A stretch of 64,000 nucleotides of DNA, from contig NW_019091358.1 of assembly GCF_001949145.1 (NCBI RefSeq), positions 3,466,535 to 3,530,534 on the forward strand, given 5' to 3'. Under the pieces are notes generated by a model. That model did no database searches. It was not told where the DNA came from and worked only from the letters and a program-made list of their open reading frames with translations. The DNA comes from Acanthaster planci (taxonomy: Eukaryota). Shown one piece after another: positions 39,471 through 53,100 of the stretch (positions are counted from its first letter, which is position 1; each line of letters starts with the position of its first letter). The position numbers and the translations under genes were made by a program.

Positions 39471-41036
39471 AACAAAAAAGTAGAGCTCATCTGTCTGTTG
39501 GCCAACAGAACAGAGGGCTGTTTCGCATTCCTTCTTAATTTGAACAACCAATCTACTGCACAAAGCTGATAATTATTTCATTATGACCATTTGGGTCCAA
39601 GGTTTCAACCCAATCAGGCATGCCCTACGGGAAATAACTTGTTTTAAATAAAATGTAATTTGACTCCTCATTTGATGTCATCATCACATCAAGTAAATTT
39701 CTGTCAAGAACATTCCTTTCCTTGATATTTGCACAAAGTTTGAAATCGATGGGATGTGTGCTCCAGGAAATAAAGGTCTTTAAACAGTGCACCTTTAATG
39801 TCACGTGACTCGTTTGCTGATGGTATTGTCATCACCTGAGGTCAATTTATAAACCTTCCCTTTTAATAACTGTCTGCAAGATTTCAACCCAATCAGACAT
39901 GTACAATACAAAATACAATACAAAACATGATTGTTATCGTGGAAAAAGCACAGATTACAGATTTTAAACATTTGTCCCTTTTGGCGTTCCATACAATGTG
40001 ATTGCGAATATTGTAAGGGGGTTTTCGTCGTCATCGGCGCTTCATCTGTGTGAAGAAGTACACCACTTATGCACTTCATGCAGTTGACTTCAGTGTTTTA
40101 GCTTCGGTATCATCTAATGAACAATTCACGCTTAAATCTGTTACGGTTGATATTTTACCGAATTCTGTAGAATAAAAGAATTTTTTATGATAACTTCCAA
40201 TCTGATGACGTTATCGGCCCCAAATTTTATACATGTGTTAACTGGTTAAAGATCATCGTCTACATCCATTTTCAGGCGATTCGGACAAACTTCGCCTCAG
40301 ACATCTACTCAAAATTCATTTTTCAAAATTTTTAACCTGTCGCTAGAGGGAACTCAATAATTACATGACATCATCAGTAGATGATTTGAAGAATGCTTAA
40401 CCCCCCACCGACTAACACCATTGAAAGCAAGTTGATACCCATGACCACTTTTAAACAATAAGTCTACTTCCGGTTTCGAATGGAAGGAAGGGTCACGTGA
40501 TTTGTCCCACACATGATAAAATGAAGACCCAATTTTACCTTGGCACTTGCCACAAACAGAATATTGCGGGAAGCCACGGTTGATTTCATATGGATTTTAA
40601 AATAATGAACGTAATATTTAAATGTTCAAAATTTAATAATAAATAACTTGATAACATCATTGTGACGTAATTATTTGAGTATTATCTTTGCCTCGAGGTT
40701 TTTCCTTCGTGTAACTTTGATGACATTTGAATATTGCTGAACAACCAAAATATTGCCTTGGAAACGTGTACAAAGTCAAAGGCTTAAAAATAAATATTGA
40801 AAAATGAATAATAAATCATTTGATGATGTCATCATGATGTCATATTTCGAGGTCCATCCATGCATAAGGGCCCTTCATTGGTACAAGTTTGGTGAAGATC
40901 CCAATTTGCAAAAGCAGTAAAGTTGTGTACAGAAAAAATGTGTACAAAGTGGATGGGTTTTGCGCAGAAGACGGGGAAAAAAAAACAGAAGAGAAGTAAT
41001 GCCTTTTCTGCCAAATTGCAAAAAAGCCAAAAAAAA
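39471..41036. mobile_element. ~1.56-kb non-autonomous element with Helentron/DINE-1(HINE)-like end structure
   Basis: Left: A-run, hairpin TCTGTCTGTTGG|CCAACAGAACAGA (39490-39514), then GCATTCCTTCT (39525-39535). Right: inverted counterpart AGAAGTAATGC (40992-41002), hairpin GCCTTTTCTGC-CAAATT-GCAAAAAAGC (41001-41027), A-run. Internal direct repeat TTTCAACCCAATCAG(G/A)CATG near 39603 and 39882. Confidence 0.55.
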
Positions 41037-44000
41037 CACACTCCAGTGTTAGATGTACTTGTACTTCTAATGGCAAAGAACTAATATTATTGAACAATAT
41101 TGCAGTCTAACTGAACAGTAATGACACTTTTTGTCTTTGTTACTTTTATTTCTCTGTTTCTATTTGATCTGTGAAATCATTTCACATATTTATCTCATTT
41201 TTTTAGCAGGGGGGGTTGGATTTTATTGGGGGAGGAGGTGTTTTAAGGGGACCCTTTCATTATAACCCAACCCTGTGTGATTTCATCCCAGATGCTCTAT
41301 CACTTTCTCTAGATTCTAGACAATATGCATGTGTACATGTTGTTTCATTTATTCCTTTGATTTTTCTGTATTGCTGCTTATTTTGAGTTCTGGCTCATGT
41401 TTTGTTTTGCGGCCCCTGGGGAATAAAAAGTATCTTCCTGTATCTGTTTTTATTGCCCTTATCTTTATTGCACAAAAATACAGCAGGGATTTTCCTCCCA
41501 AACGATTCCCCCCAAATGACTCCAATCTGTTCCATCTGCAGACAAAAAGTCACAGGGAAGTTACATACAATTACATGTAGTTGTGATGTACATGTACATG
41601 TAAATGTAGTTATCTGTGGTTTGTTTGAACACAGAGGAACCACAACCCACTGCAGACATGGAATGCTGCTTGCCAAGTTGTTATTGTAATTCAAGGCCTA
41701 TGTAGTCTGGTGTGGCACAGAACAAATGACCTGGGCTGAGACCTTAACAGCAGTTTGTGTTGATCCCCCCAGAAAGAAGGTGTCACATACCCCTGTTTTG
41801 TGTTGACATCAAAGGCCATTATGCACATTATGTGCCAGTGTCAAAAAGAAAGAAAGAAAGAACCATTTTGCCTGGCTTTGTTACGCCACTGCCTTGTGTG
41901 TGTGTGTGTGTTAATGCATGCATGTACATGTACAGTGTACTGTACATGTACAATACATGTACTTGTGTATGTATGCTAGATGGAGCGCTCCAAACAGGCC
42001 CTCTGATTGGTCAGCCATCGATACAATGCCAGGTCCTGATTGGCTCTCTGGCTGTTAGGCTAGTGTGTGCATTTATTACTGCCTCAGATGCTCAGATCCA
42101 CTCCAATGAATTTTTTTCTTCTCTTACCGTGCATGCAGTGTGTTTGCAGTGGCTAGGCATTGTGAGGTAGGATCATTGTGGTACCTACTGTGTGTGTGTG
42201 TGAATGCATGGGACATATCAAAACCCTCGGATCATATATACAGTGCTAATGGCATTAGATGTACATGTACAGTGTACATACACAACTGTGCATATGGGCT
42301 GAATTTTGTTCTCGTCACATGCAGAGTGTGGAAATGTTCCAAGGGGATTTTTTTTCTCTTGCTCTGACTACATAACGCAGGGAGTTGTGACTAAAAACCC
42401 TTCCAGTTTCTACATGGTGAGACCAACAAGGCCAAGAATTCCAATTGGTCCGACAAATGCCGTCAGGAGGCTTGGTGAAAAAAAAAACGAAATGACTTCT
42501 GTCACGTCTCCGTCCTCGGCAAAGCTTTTGGAATATTATTACCATCCAGGATTTCTGTACGTCTGTTCCAGTAGAAAGCATCGGTGAGGGCCAGATTATT
42601 ATTTTTTTTCTTTTCTTTTTCAATTTCTTTCTCTAACTTTGTTCTGATTGGGGGAGTGGAACGTAGCATGCCTGTGGCACGACGTGTTAGTGAGAGAGTA
42701 CCCGGTCTCACAGTGTGTGAACCAATGACCTTCTCAACATGTGAGTATTATTGTTTTGGTGGAGAGCGGGGGCCTGTGTTTGTGCCTTGAACTCTATCCA
42801 TTTGGGCTCCGGGGGAGTTGCATACAGTGCACTGAACAAAGAGGTTCACTTACAGGAGTTGGGGTTGTGTGCGTGTGCGCGAGGGGGGAAAGCGGGCGTA
42901 TTCGGGAGCTCAAAATGATTTGCAGTTGTTTTTGTTGACCAGTGGATTGTAGTGCGACTGTGCTGGGGGGGTTCATCTTTGTTCATATTCTCCAGACTGC
43001 CTCTTTTCTTCCTCTTTGTTTCCCTTTGTTTATTGTGTTTTGTTAGCGATTGACAGCACCAGACATCGAGATTTAAACCCCCGCCCCATTAACATTTCTT
43101 GCAAGACTCACTGATGAGTTATGAGTGGGAGCCTGGCCATTTGTTTTTGACATGGCCTCAGTGTCATCACTTCCATGTTCCTGCCAGTCTGCTTGTTCCC
43201 ATGCTGCATGCTATTGATTTTGTTTTCTACATTGTATTCTCTGCTTGTGGCGCGCTCGCTCACTCACTGCCCCCTCAGATAAGAAAACAAAAAACAAACA
43301 TGTATTTATTTGCCATCTGCAACAGTTGGAAAATAATATGGACTTACGTGTACAATGTATATTGGCACAATCTTGTTTCAATGCGTAGTTAAGTGATTGC
43401 CTTAAAACTCCATTTAACAATATAATGAAGAGAAGCAAGGGTGAGTATTTTTTAAAACATTCTTCCGTGTCACAGGATTATTTGATGATACTTTTAACTG
43501 CATCCTTGTTTTCTTTTTGAATTGCATGGCTTTTCTCTGTAGTGTAGAGTTCCTTAAAAATACTAATCAACGTTTTTACCAAGAAAACCGTTTAAAAAAT
43601 TTCTGCAAAGTAAAACGAGTTTCTACCAAGACATTACACAATTTTATTTTTTACTAAGATGAATTTTTCATTGATGGAAGCAAATAAAAGAAAGAAACAT
43701 ATTGTAAATACCGGACGTTAAAGTTCACTATAATTGACCTGTGGAATAAATTTAGGATTCAGCCTTTATTCCCCGCTAAAACACACTTTCTAACATTAAA
43801 ATGCATACAAACTATCCTAAAATAATGAAATGTGCTTATTGCTGTGTTGACATAGTTTAATCTCTAATGGCACGATTTCCCCTCCAGGCAAGTGCCCGCA
43901 GTAATATATAATGCCATTATATCTGCAACCTAAAATGCCCTCTGGAGCTGGGGAAATACATCATTTCCCCCTGCAGATGGTTTGCTGCTTAATACTAGGG

Positions 44001-47000
44001 GAAAGAAACAGGTTGCAGCTGTAGTTGGCCCTCCCAATTTAAGTGCAACCCTCTTCCTCCTTTGTTCAGATCAAAATCTTCCAAGAAACACAAATACCAC
44101 TTCTCCTCGGCATGCAATGAGGAAATGACATTGCGGTTATCTGCACATCCTTCCAACAACAATCCCACACAGCTATACTCTTCATAGTCGGGGGAAGTGG
44201 AGACCTTGCACTGTTGTGAAGGTGGTAAAAAATGCGATGAAGTGGTCAAATTGTCCACAGCACAGGCTCTAGCAAAGAGTGATGCTGTCCACAGTCTAAA
44301 TGTGCACGGAATAGATTGCTGCATTTGCAGTCATTTAAGAACTGAATGCACTATCATTCCAACCGAATCTTTGGCTAACGCAATAGCAGTGAATTTTTTT
44401 TCTATTTAGATGAATACTGTAAACAAATCCAAGTCAAATAACACCTTTTGTTATTTTTCCCCCATTTTGGGGACACAGCCTGACGATTGATTGCTTTCAT
44501 TATTCACTGGAACACCGCTATTTGAAATTCAGGGCCCTTTCCAAACCGGCACAATGGAGTTATCCCTCTAAATCGTTTCTGGGTTTTTTCTCTCTCTCTC
44601 TGGTTACACTTCAGCAGACCAAAGGTCATCACTGACGGCCTTTAGGGCAAACTCTTTTTTGAGGTCACATCCTGCCACTGTATTTAGAAGGGGTCAGACC
44701 AGATCTCATTCACACGTGGCCTCCTACTTCTCACTGTCTCTCTCTCTGCTGCTGCTGCTCGGAGCAGACGCATTGCCAGTTTAATTTCACATTTAATAGA
44801 ACGCCACTTCAACAAGACTGCTCGGCTGTGAACATCGATCAGTCAATTGTCGTAAATATTTCCCTAAATGTTGGAAGTGGGGAGAAAAAAAAGTACTGGC
44901 AGCAGTCGGAAGAATTGTACTCTGACACAACACACGTCAACCGTCATACACGTACATTCAGTGGACTGGATAATTCTTTGCAGATGATTACGTGCGCAGG
45001 TTTTTATTTTTTCCCTCGACAGAGCATTTTAATGCAGAAAAAAGGGAATCACTTACACAACAGTATGAAGTGTGAGTACATGTACATGTCTCTTGTGTGT
45101 ACCCTGTATTCTATGTCTGTTCCTTCCAACTCTGCTTGGCCCAATTTGGGTCTCGTAATAGGATGTTGCTTGAAATTTAAATGCTGCTGCAGAGACCAGC
45201 CTTCTGTCCAAACACAGAATATCAACACCCTCCAATTAATTTCACTCACAAACTCTTTGGCACTGGTGATCAGAGAGTTGGGCAATTTGTCAGATGCAGC
45301 CCCTGGCTTTTTGTCGCTCAATGTATACATGCTTATTGATCTCAATTAAGAGCAGTCGATCAAGTTTGCATGCATTGTCACATTGAAAAGGGGGAGGAGT
45401 TCGCTTAATCACATCCAGCAGCAGCAGTGGGAGAGCGCGCTGTAATAATTCTGATGCAGCTAATTACTTGATAAGGGGGACTGTCCCAGGAATTTCCCTT
45501 GAGTGTGTCGACTGGCACCTTTTCTTTCATTTTTGAATTTTCAACGTTCATCGCATCTGAATAGAGCAGAGGTTTGAGATGTGAAGAACATTTTTCTTAG
45601 TCCAACTTCAAAAATGTGCCACAAAAACTGCCACAAACTCTGTACTGACTACAGTGACCCAAACTGTACAAATCAAGTGAGGTAGAGGGCCCAGCGTTTC
45701 AATTTAGCAGAATTTTTATCAGTGGTCGTTTTGCTAGGTAGAGAACGATACTGCCAGTATCAAAATGTCAGGCCTTCTTTCGTTTTTAAAAAACACGCTT
45801 GAAATCACCAGAAAATTAGCTCAGCTAACTTGAACTCTGCAGTACTTAATACAATGCAGTCGAAAATCAAAAATGAAATTGCAATGATTATCATGTTATT
45901 GCAAAGGATTCTCACAAAGAACATCTCTTTTAATTGATGAGTGTAATTTTGCGCTTGGAATGAGCAGACATGTTCCAACTATAGCTTCCCAGCTTTCTTT
46001 AGCCTGCATGCACCTGTAGCCAAGACTGCCTGATTTATATGTGCTACTCTAAGGCTGGCAGGGAATTTACTCGGCGTCTTTTCCTTTGACAGTGTTGTAA
46101 CTTTGTTGTTTCTTTGAAGCAAGATAATGCTGTACCAGCAAGCTACCTCACAAACAAACCACTTTTTACTAGTCTGAGCACAGAAAGGTCAGGGGTTGTG
46201 ACTGTTGCGATTATCAAGCAGGCACTGTGGCTGGGCAGGTTTTGTGTACATGATGATTAGACAGCACTTATACCTAGCAAGATAGGGATGGAGGGTACCC
46301 CCCCCACATGTCCAATTCCTATACACACCCTAGAGTATTGTTACCTAACACATCCCCTCTAGATGTCTGTAAAGAATCCCTGAGATTCTGATCAAACAAT
46401 GACCAACCCAAAGGTGGGGGGTGCTCTCTGTCCCATATCTTGCTTCATATATACTGTACAGGCACTTATCATTCACACTGCATTGAACACCCACCTGGCC
46501 TAACCTCTTGTGGTTTTTAAAGCTTAGCACATCTGCTTTATTTATACCAGCCCCCCCCCCTCAGTGGCAGGATGCCCCAATGCTGGGTAATCCCAGGGAG
46601 GCAACAAAACACATAGCAAAATCTGCTGATTCCTGGGATCCTGCACCGTCTTTGGGGGCTTTGGTTTCAGGTGTGTGCCCTCCATGTTCCCAGCTCCCTG
46701 ATCCGATCATAGGGTGGGGATATAACTGCCCATGTGTGGAGGTGCACGCATGTAAGAAGTTTTAGTGTGCACAGTATAGACTATAGACCTTTTCACACAG
46801 GACAAATCTTGGGATTGACTGAACTATTGTGGAATGAACTCTGTTTTTGCTGTCCAACTCCCCAATTTCTCAACCTGTTCAGCAGTATTGGTAGCATATT
46901 GTATTTCCTTTTTTGTAGTGACCGGAACTTTTCCTATTCTTCTGGATTTTTGGTGTGCTCAAGACAGCTGCTCCGAGCGGGAGTAAAGATTCCATGTGTA

Positions 47001-47749
47001 TTTGTGTATTCAACAACATGTCAGTGCTGTTTACTTGAATTGCATTTCTCAGTTGATACAATTTCAACAAATGCACAATTTATGTAAATTATGTACCCAT
47101 TCAGTGTTTAACAGAATTGATGTCAATTCTGGTGCCTGAAATGCAAACATCTTTGAGGATTCTCGGAATCTACATGTATAAGCTTCTTGGAATGCAATGA
47201 AAGTCAGTGACCGCTTGTGTCTCAACCCAGTTGCTCATGAGCAACTCTTTATCAGTTTGAAGCTCTAACAGGTTTGGTTTTTTAACATGGATCTTGCTTT
47301 TATGTTGGATACTACACAGTCCATGCACTTGCGCCCACACACAATCAGTGTGCTTGCAGGGCACACAGGGATCAATTCAGGCTCATTGCCCAGTAAACCA
47401 AGCTGGTTTTCTCTGGGAGAAGAATGTTCTAAAAGGAGATGGGCACTTAATAGGCACTGAGTCATCCGGGATTGTTAAGGCATGGGGGGGGGGAAGAATA
47501 CTGGGTGTAGTAGCCCCATAATGCGCAGTCTGTCACCAAAAAAAAAAGTCAAATCCTGTCAGCATTTTTACAAGAGCATGGACCCCTCAAAACACAAAGC
47601 ACAGGGATCACAGGCAGGGCGGACCCTCCCAAACACTGATAATTATTATTTCGACACATCTGAGAGATTATTATCTTTACGGGCTAGCCGTCTGGATTAT
47701 TTTAATGTAAATGTAATTTATTTCCAAGATGGATTTGCGCCCGGGAGAT

Positions 47750-48064
47750 GTACATTAATTTTGGATTTTTGCCCTGCCCAACGTGTATTTAACACTGTGT
47801 ACTCAGTGTATGCCCCCGAAGGCTCGTGAAAAATCTTTGAATTAGTTGTTTGTGCAGCTTCATCTGATTCGAACCAGCCAGCCGACACCGGCAAGCTCGG
47901 TGGTCGAGTGGTTAAGACGTCTGCACTAGTAAGCAGGAGGTCATGGGTTCGAGTCCCACCCGAGTACATTTGTGGGGTTTTTTTTCACAAGTCTTTGGGG
48001 GCATACACTTAGTATACAGTGTTAAAATACACGTTGGGCAGGGAAAAATCTAAAATTAATTTAC
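47750..48064. mobile_element. ~315-bp long-TIR element enclosing a tRNA-like sequence
   Basis: ~84-bp inverted arms (47750-47833 / ~47981-48064), about nine differences by eye, around a ~150-bp core containing the tRNA-like unit. Confidence 0.85.
47894..47967 (+). pseudogene. tRNA-Thr(AGT)-like sequence / tRNA-derived Pol III head
   Basis: Cloverleaf: acceptor GCTCGG/CCGAGT (6 bp), D-arm GTC...GAC with A-box TGGTCGAGTGG (47901-47911), anticodon stem TCTGC/GCAGG with an 8-nt loop ACTAGTAA (AGT 47928-47930), T-arm TGGG-TTCGAGT-CCCA with B-box GGTTCGAGTCC (47946-47956), T8 at 47978-47985. The extra loop base and stem mismatches argue against a canonical functional tRNA. Confidence 0.8.
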
Positions 48065-50100
48065 GTGTAATTTGTAGGAGAAAAATGAATGGCCAAGTCA
48101 TTGCCTCCCCCATGGGAACTCAGTCGAAATACTTGGAGCAGACCTTGCATATTTAATGTCTTGCAAGGAGTGAACACAACATGAGCCAACACAAAGCAAA
48201 ACTTTGAACCATACTTGATTTTTAAAATTTCCTTAGCTTTTTTAACGGTATTCTTGTCAGTAACAAAATCACTTCCATTGAGACTCCACCACCAAGAATA
48301 GTGTGGTGGTATTTGGAAAGTCAGTTTGGAATTCTTTTGTTATTGGAGATTATAGGCCACTACTTGCTTTGATAAATACATGTACATATACACTGACTTC
48401 AAGTCTCCACAGAGGGAATGGACACGCTTCCCTGTGCGGACTTCGACAGTTCCTGAAATGGAAAAAAACCATAAGGATGTTGATAATGATCTTGATTCCT
48501 GGTTGGTATGCAATCCACGGCACTATCACCCAATGTCACCAGTGGCAGAGGTGATTATCCAATGAGCACTCACTCAGAATGTGGGAGCGGTCAGCTGGGA
48601 ACATTGCTTATGGGGGGGGGGTATTCACTGCATGCTAGCAGCCAGCTACAAACTGCATGAACACAATGGTGTGAAGCATCTACACATGAAAAAGTTAACT
48701 GTACTTTCATGACGGAAGTAAAACTTATGCAAGGTTTTACTGCGGTCATTACGGGGCCAGAAGTACACGTTATGTATGCATAACTTTGACAAGCCTGTTA
48801 AAATGGTCCCAATCCTGGAAAATGTTTGGATTTCTTCCTTTTTCTTACTAATGTTTTTAAAACATGTACACTGAGCAAGTTGAGGGGCCATTATGGAACG
48901 AATTTTACATTGAAACAACATTGCCTTAAAATTACATACTGGTATGAAATTTTGAAAGGCTATAAAACCCCTAGAATGGCAATATAGAGGAGATTAGAAA
49001 TAAAGGTAAATTGGACATATATGTGCATTAAGGAGTTATGAATCTGTTCTGTGATTGTTGAAAGCATTTTTTTTCCAGTTTTACTTTTTAGGATTGGTCT
49101 TGTTTTAGCAAATCATAAGTCAAAAATTTCACGACTTGTTTTCCCATAAGTTGTATACTCTCATTTGGCACTGGTGCCATGCGTCAGTCAAAAAAGACAT
49201 TGTACGGACTTTTCCTGATGATTTACACCAAACCAAACAAAGGCAGATAATCCACTCTGAGAAATGCACGTATGTGTGAAGTACACATACATGTACTTGT
49301 GAACCCCCAAAAATTGTCAATTTGTGCATGGAAGCAGCGGGCAAAAGATCTGTAGAGAATAAAGTTGAGGCTGTGCACATGGGCACTGTAAATGTACATA
49401 AAACCCTTTTTATTAGAAGTCTCAAGTGCATAGGGCATGAGACTTCGAAAATGCCAGCTCCATGTTCGACAAGATAAAATGTTGGTAACAGACCCAGCTC
49501 AGCCTGGGGATATCACTGCTCTGCAGTGCACACAGCTGGGTGATGAAATGAATCTTAAAGCTGACAAATTATGCAATTTCCGAAACTTCCCGGTATTTTT
49601 GGCCCGAAAAGGGTAAAGGTTCAGTGTTCCCCCCAGCAGTTGAAGAGCCTCACATGCACAAGTGCAAGGACTCTCCGTATATTGAGAAGAATGTCTTTTT
49701 TTTACCCTGTCACTTTTTGGTTCCGGAAAAGTTTTCAATTCAACTGTGTCTTAAATATGTGTTGGACATGAAATTACATGTGTATTAATGACACTGGTAA
49801 GGCACATGTATATTTTTTTTAATGATTGTGATCCAACTGTTTTGCTCAATAGATCAGTGTTTTTCTTTTTGTACATATTTTTGATGCTTCTTATTTGATA
49901 CAGTAATCCACCTCTCAACATTTGAATTTCATTTCATGATTTTTCTCACCAATTTGTTTTTAGACTGCCTTTTTGGGGGGGGGGGGAGATAATATAATTG
50001 GAGGCAGGTCCAAGATGTAAAATCTGCTTTCCTTGTACAGAATGTTTCACTGTCCTAACTGATGATTGAGTGAATGATGAAAATGTCTGAACTCTTAGGC

Positions 50101-50152
50101 ACCTGTCCCTGTCACCAGAGAATCTGAGGAACCTGTCCCTGTCACCCGAGAA
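50101..50152. repeat. Short direct repeat, 22 bp x 2, 30-bp period
   Basis: ACCTGTCCCTGTCACC(A/C)GAGAA at 50101 and 50131. Confidence 0.85.
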
Positions 50153-53100
50153 ACATATTTTCTTTTTTCATTTGGCCACAGTAATTGATTGAAGGAAGCA
50201 TACCCTGCTGCACATGAACACATCAACTTGGAATCTAATTAGTAAGGTAGTCTCTTGGTTGGGTTGAATGGTTGATTCCATCAACAGATAAAAGATGACT
50301 GACTGAGGCCATTTGTATTCCATTTTACATGTACAGTGTATGTATGTGTGTGTGTGTGTGTGGCTGAACAGTCCACAATCTGTGTTCTTTGTGGTTATGC
50401 TGACATTCCTGGGTTGGCCTCCCTTGGACTCAATGAGGGTACATGTACATGTTACCTCAGGTGAAAGCATGCATGGTGTGGTTTGCCTGTGAGCAACTTG
50501 CATTGTCACTTTGCTGAAATAATTGCTCTGCCATGCGATGACTTTTTTTTAAATATTCATTCCTTTATTTGACCTTATGGAATCAGCACTAATAACAGCA
50601 CCAGGCTTGTTGCTGGACAGTTTTCCTCCCGTCGCCCTCCCCCCTAAAGAATTACTCATGGGGGGGTTTCTTTATGACATTTTTCACTCCTGTACTTCTG
50701 GGAAGCATTAGATGGTGCACAGCGTCAGAGTGCAATCTAGTGTCTTCGTGATTCTGTTATGTAGCATCTCTCCAGTGTGACAAACAGGAATGCGCAGAGG
50801 ATTGTGGCATCGACCCTATCTTCATCAGCTGTCGGTCGGCACGTTACTTAAATCACTTTGCAAAATTCTCGGGCTTGAGTCACTGTGACAAAACTGCGCC
50901 CGCTCTTAATCTTTCCTGATCTGGGCGCAGCAGGCTTTTTTTTGTTTGAAGGAATGGATTTCAGCAGGGGAAACATGATAACTGTTATGTCTATTCGTCA
51001 TCCTTGGAGTCGGTCCTATGAATGACGCTGCTTGAGATGAAGCAGTGTGTCGAGTTGCAGGCTTGCTGGTAATCTGCGGTGCCTCACTTCCCCATTTCGC
51101 ACCCGGCGCGTTGGATTTTTACATTAGTCACATTTCCGGGGTCTCTTCCAAACGCTTGATCTGCCGATAAGCTTCAATTCATTTATACCTGCAGTAGGAA
51201 GAATTGGCAATACTGTTAAATGGCCGTAAAAGTGGTGTCAAATCAGCAGAAGCATGCATTACATTGGCGGAAAGGTCAAGATTGCCCGACACTGATGTAG
51301 TGATCATGTGCATGTACAATGCGAAATCAGCATATATGTGCAGGTAACTTGGTCGCACTTTCAAGACTAAATACCTCAAGTCCTCCATTCCTTCTCCCCC
51401 ATTCAGAAATGTCTTCTGTTAATCCACTGGCATTGAGTGACATTTAACATCTTCAGAGTGCCTTAATCAGTGAGGTGTTGTGTTGGTGCCAGTGTTGTTC
51501 TGCTCGCCGCGAATGGTCTTTTTGGAGATAAAATGTTGGGGATACGTCGTCAAGTGTGTCGTTTTGATTACTTTTGGAAGGCAAATTTGGGGAGCAATTT
51601 TATTCTGGTGCAGTCAGCCCAGAATCCATTGACCCTTTGTCAGAAAGTCTGGTTTGATCCCACCTTCTTTCTACCCAGTGCCTTGGGCCAGAATGGAAAT
51701 GAACTGATTGGGGCTTGATTGATTCCAAACTTGGAATGGGAACTTCTTCGGGGGAGGGGGGGACAGTTTAGTAACATTTATAGATGTACACAGGGAACCA
51801 ACCCAGCAGTGTCGATGTAGTCTAGCTTTGAATTCTTTCCACTTACCAGGAGTAATTTGATGACTGTAGAAAGCAAGAATATTGTTCATTGTGAAACAAG
51901 GCCTATTTTTTGTACTTTGAATGATGGCACTCTCAGATAATACATTTACATTCATGGTTTTGTAATAGTGCCAGTAATAACTAAAGAGTTTGTGGGCTTC
52001 AGTAATTCTTTGAATGTGAAGTTGAAAGCTGGGTGCTGAACAACAAATCAAAAATTTCTGGCAGTCGGACCTTAAACATTACACTTGCTACCAGCTCTTG
52101 TATGAAACCTCCTGAAGTTTGTAATGAGGGATAAACAGTGTCACGTCACCAAAAAGTTCACCCTCACCTTAATAACTAAAATAACTACAAGTTTGACACC
52201 CCTGATTGCCAACATTGCTGACGCGGCAAGCTTGTTCCAGTGTTCAGGAGTGGAGAATCAAGCGAAGATAGGGAGATAATAAATCCCCAAGGGCAAAGTG
52301 AGAAAGGCGAGATGCTCAATCAATGTTGTGCCTTCCATGAATGTCATTCCAAGATTAATGCATTTGACAGGGACACAGTATTCTTTGAAACGAGTTCTCA
52401 GACCCAGAATCCAATTCCTGCAGTGGACTTATCAGGAACCTTTGGGCTGTCAGATCAGTGGGAGGGTGCAATGTACATGCATGCATACATGTAGCAAAAC
52501 TTAATGATCTTAAATTTTCCTATGAACGTGGAAGTTCCCGCGCAGCACATGGGAAACAAGCCAAAGAGTAAAACTCGACCCTAATTGGAATGCTGATATG
52601 TCTTAGAGGAGGTTGGAATATTACAAAAACAGTGCCATGTGGCTGGACCGGAAGACTTGTCTGAAGTTAATTAGGTGACACTGTGTTTAGGGTGTTTGGG
52701 GGGAGGGAGTCGACACTGCTTTGGATTTTTTTGGGAGGGGGCTTATTTGCTTAATTTTAAGGCTGTCTTCCCATCTGCGGATTATCATTTTCCTTTACTG
52801 GATATTTGAAAGTAACGGTGAATTCAATGGTTTCTCTTATTTTCAAATTGGTTTCTCCTTTTCAGATCTCACTACTTTTTTTATGTCTTCCCGTCACATT
52901 TTCTGTCAGAAGTTCATTCGTGGCGGCCACTGCTCATATGTACATGTATTCTGGTACATTGTATCTCATGGGTTTTTTTATTGTCAGTTTTTATGTTCAT
53001 GTACTTGCTGGCTGTTAAAGGAGTTTGAAAAGGAGTTGTAACAAGAAGTTGGTGACTTTGAAAAAACAATTTTTTTTCCTCATTTCTATATTTACACATC

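Noticed and set aside
47894..47967. Functional tRNA-Thr gene
   Set aside because: 8-nt anticodon loop, 6-bp acceptor stem with terminal mismatch, A:C in the T-stem, and location within a TIR element.
50101..50152. Repeat-spacer-repeat as a mini CRISPR
   Set aside because: Two copies with an 8-bp spacer; a simple local duplication.
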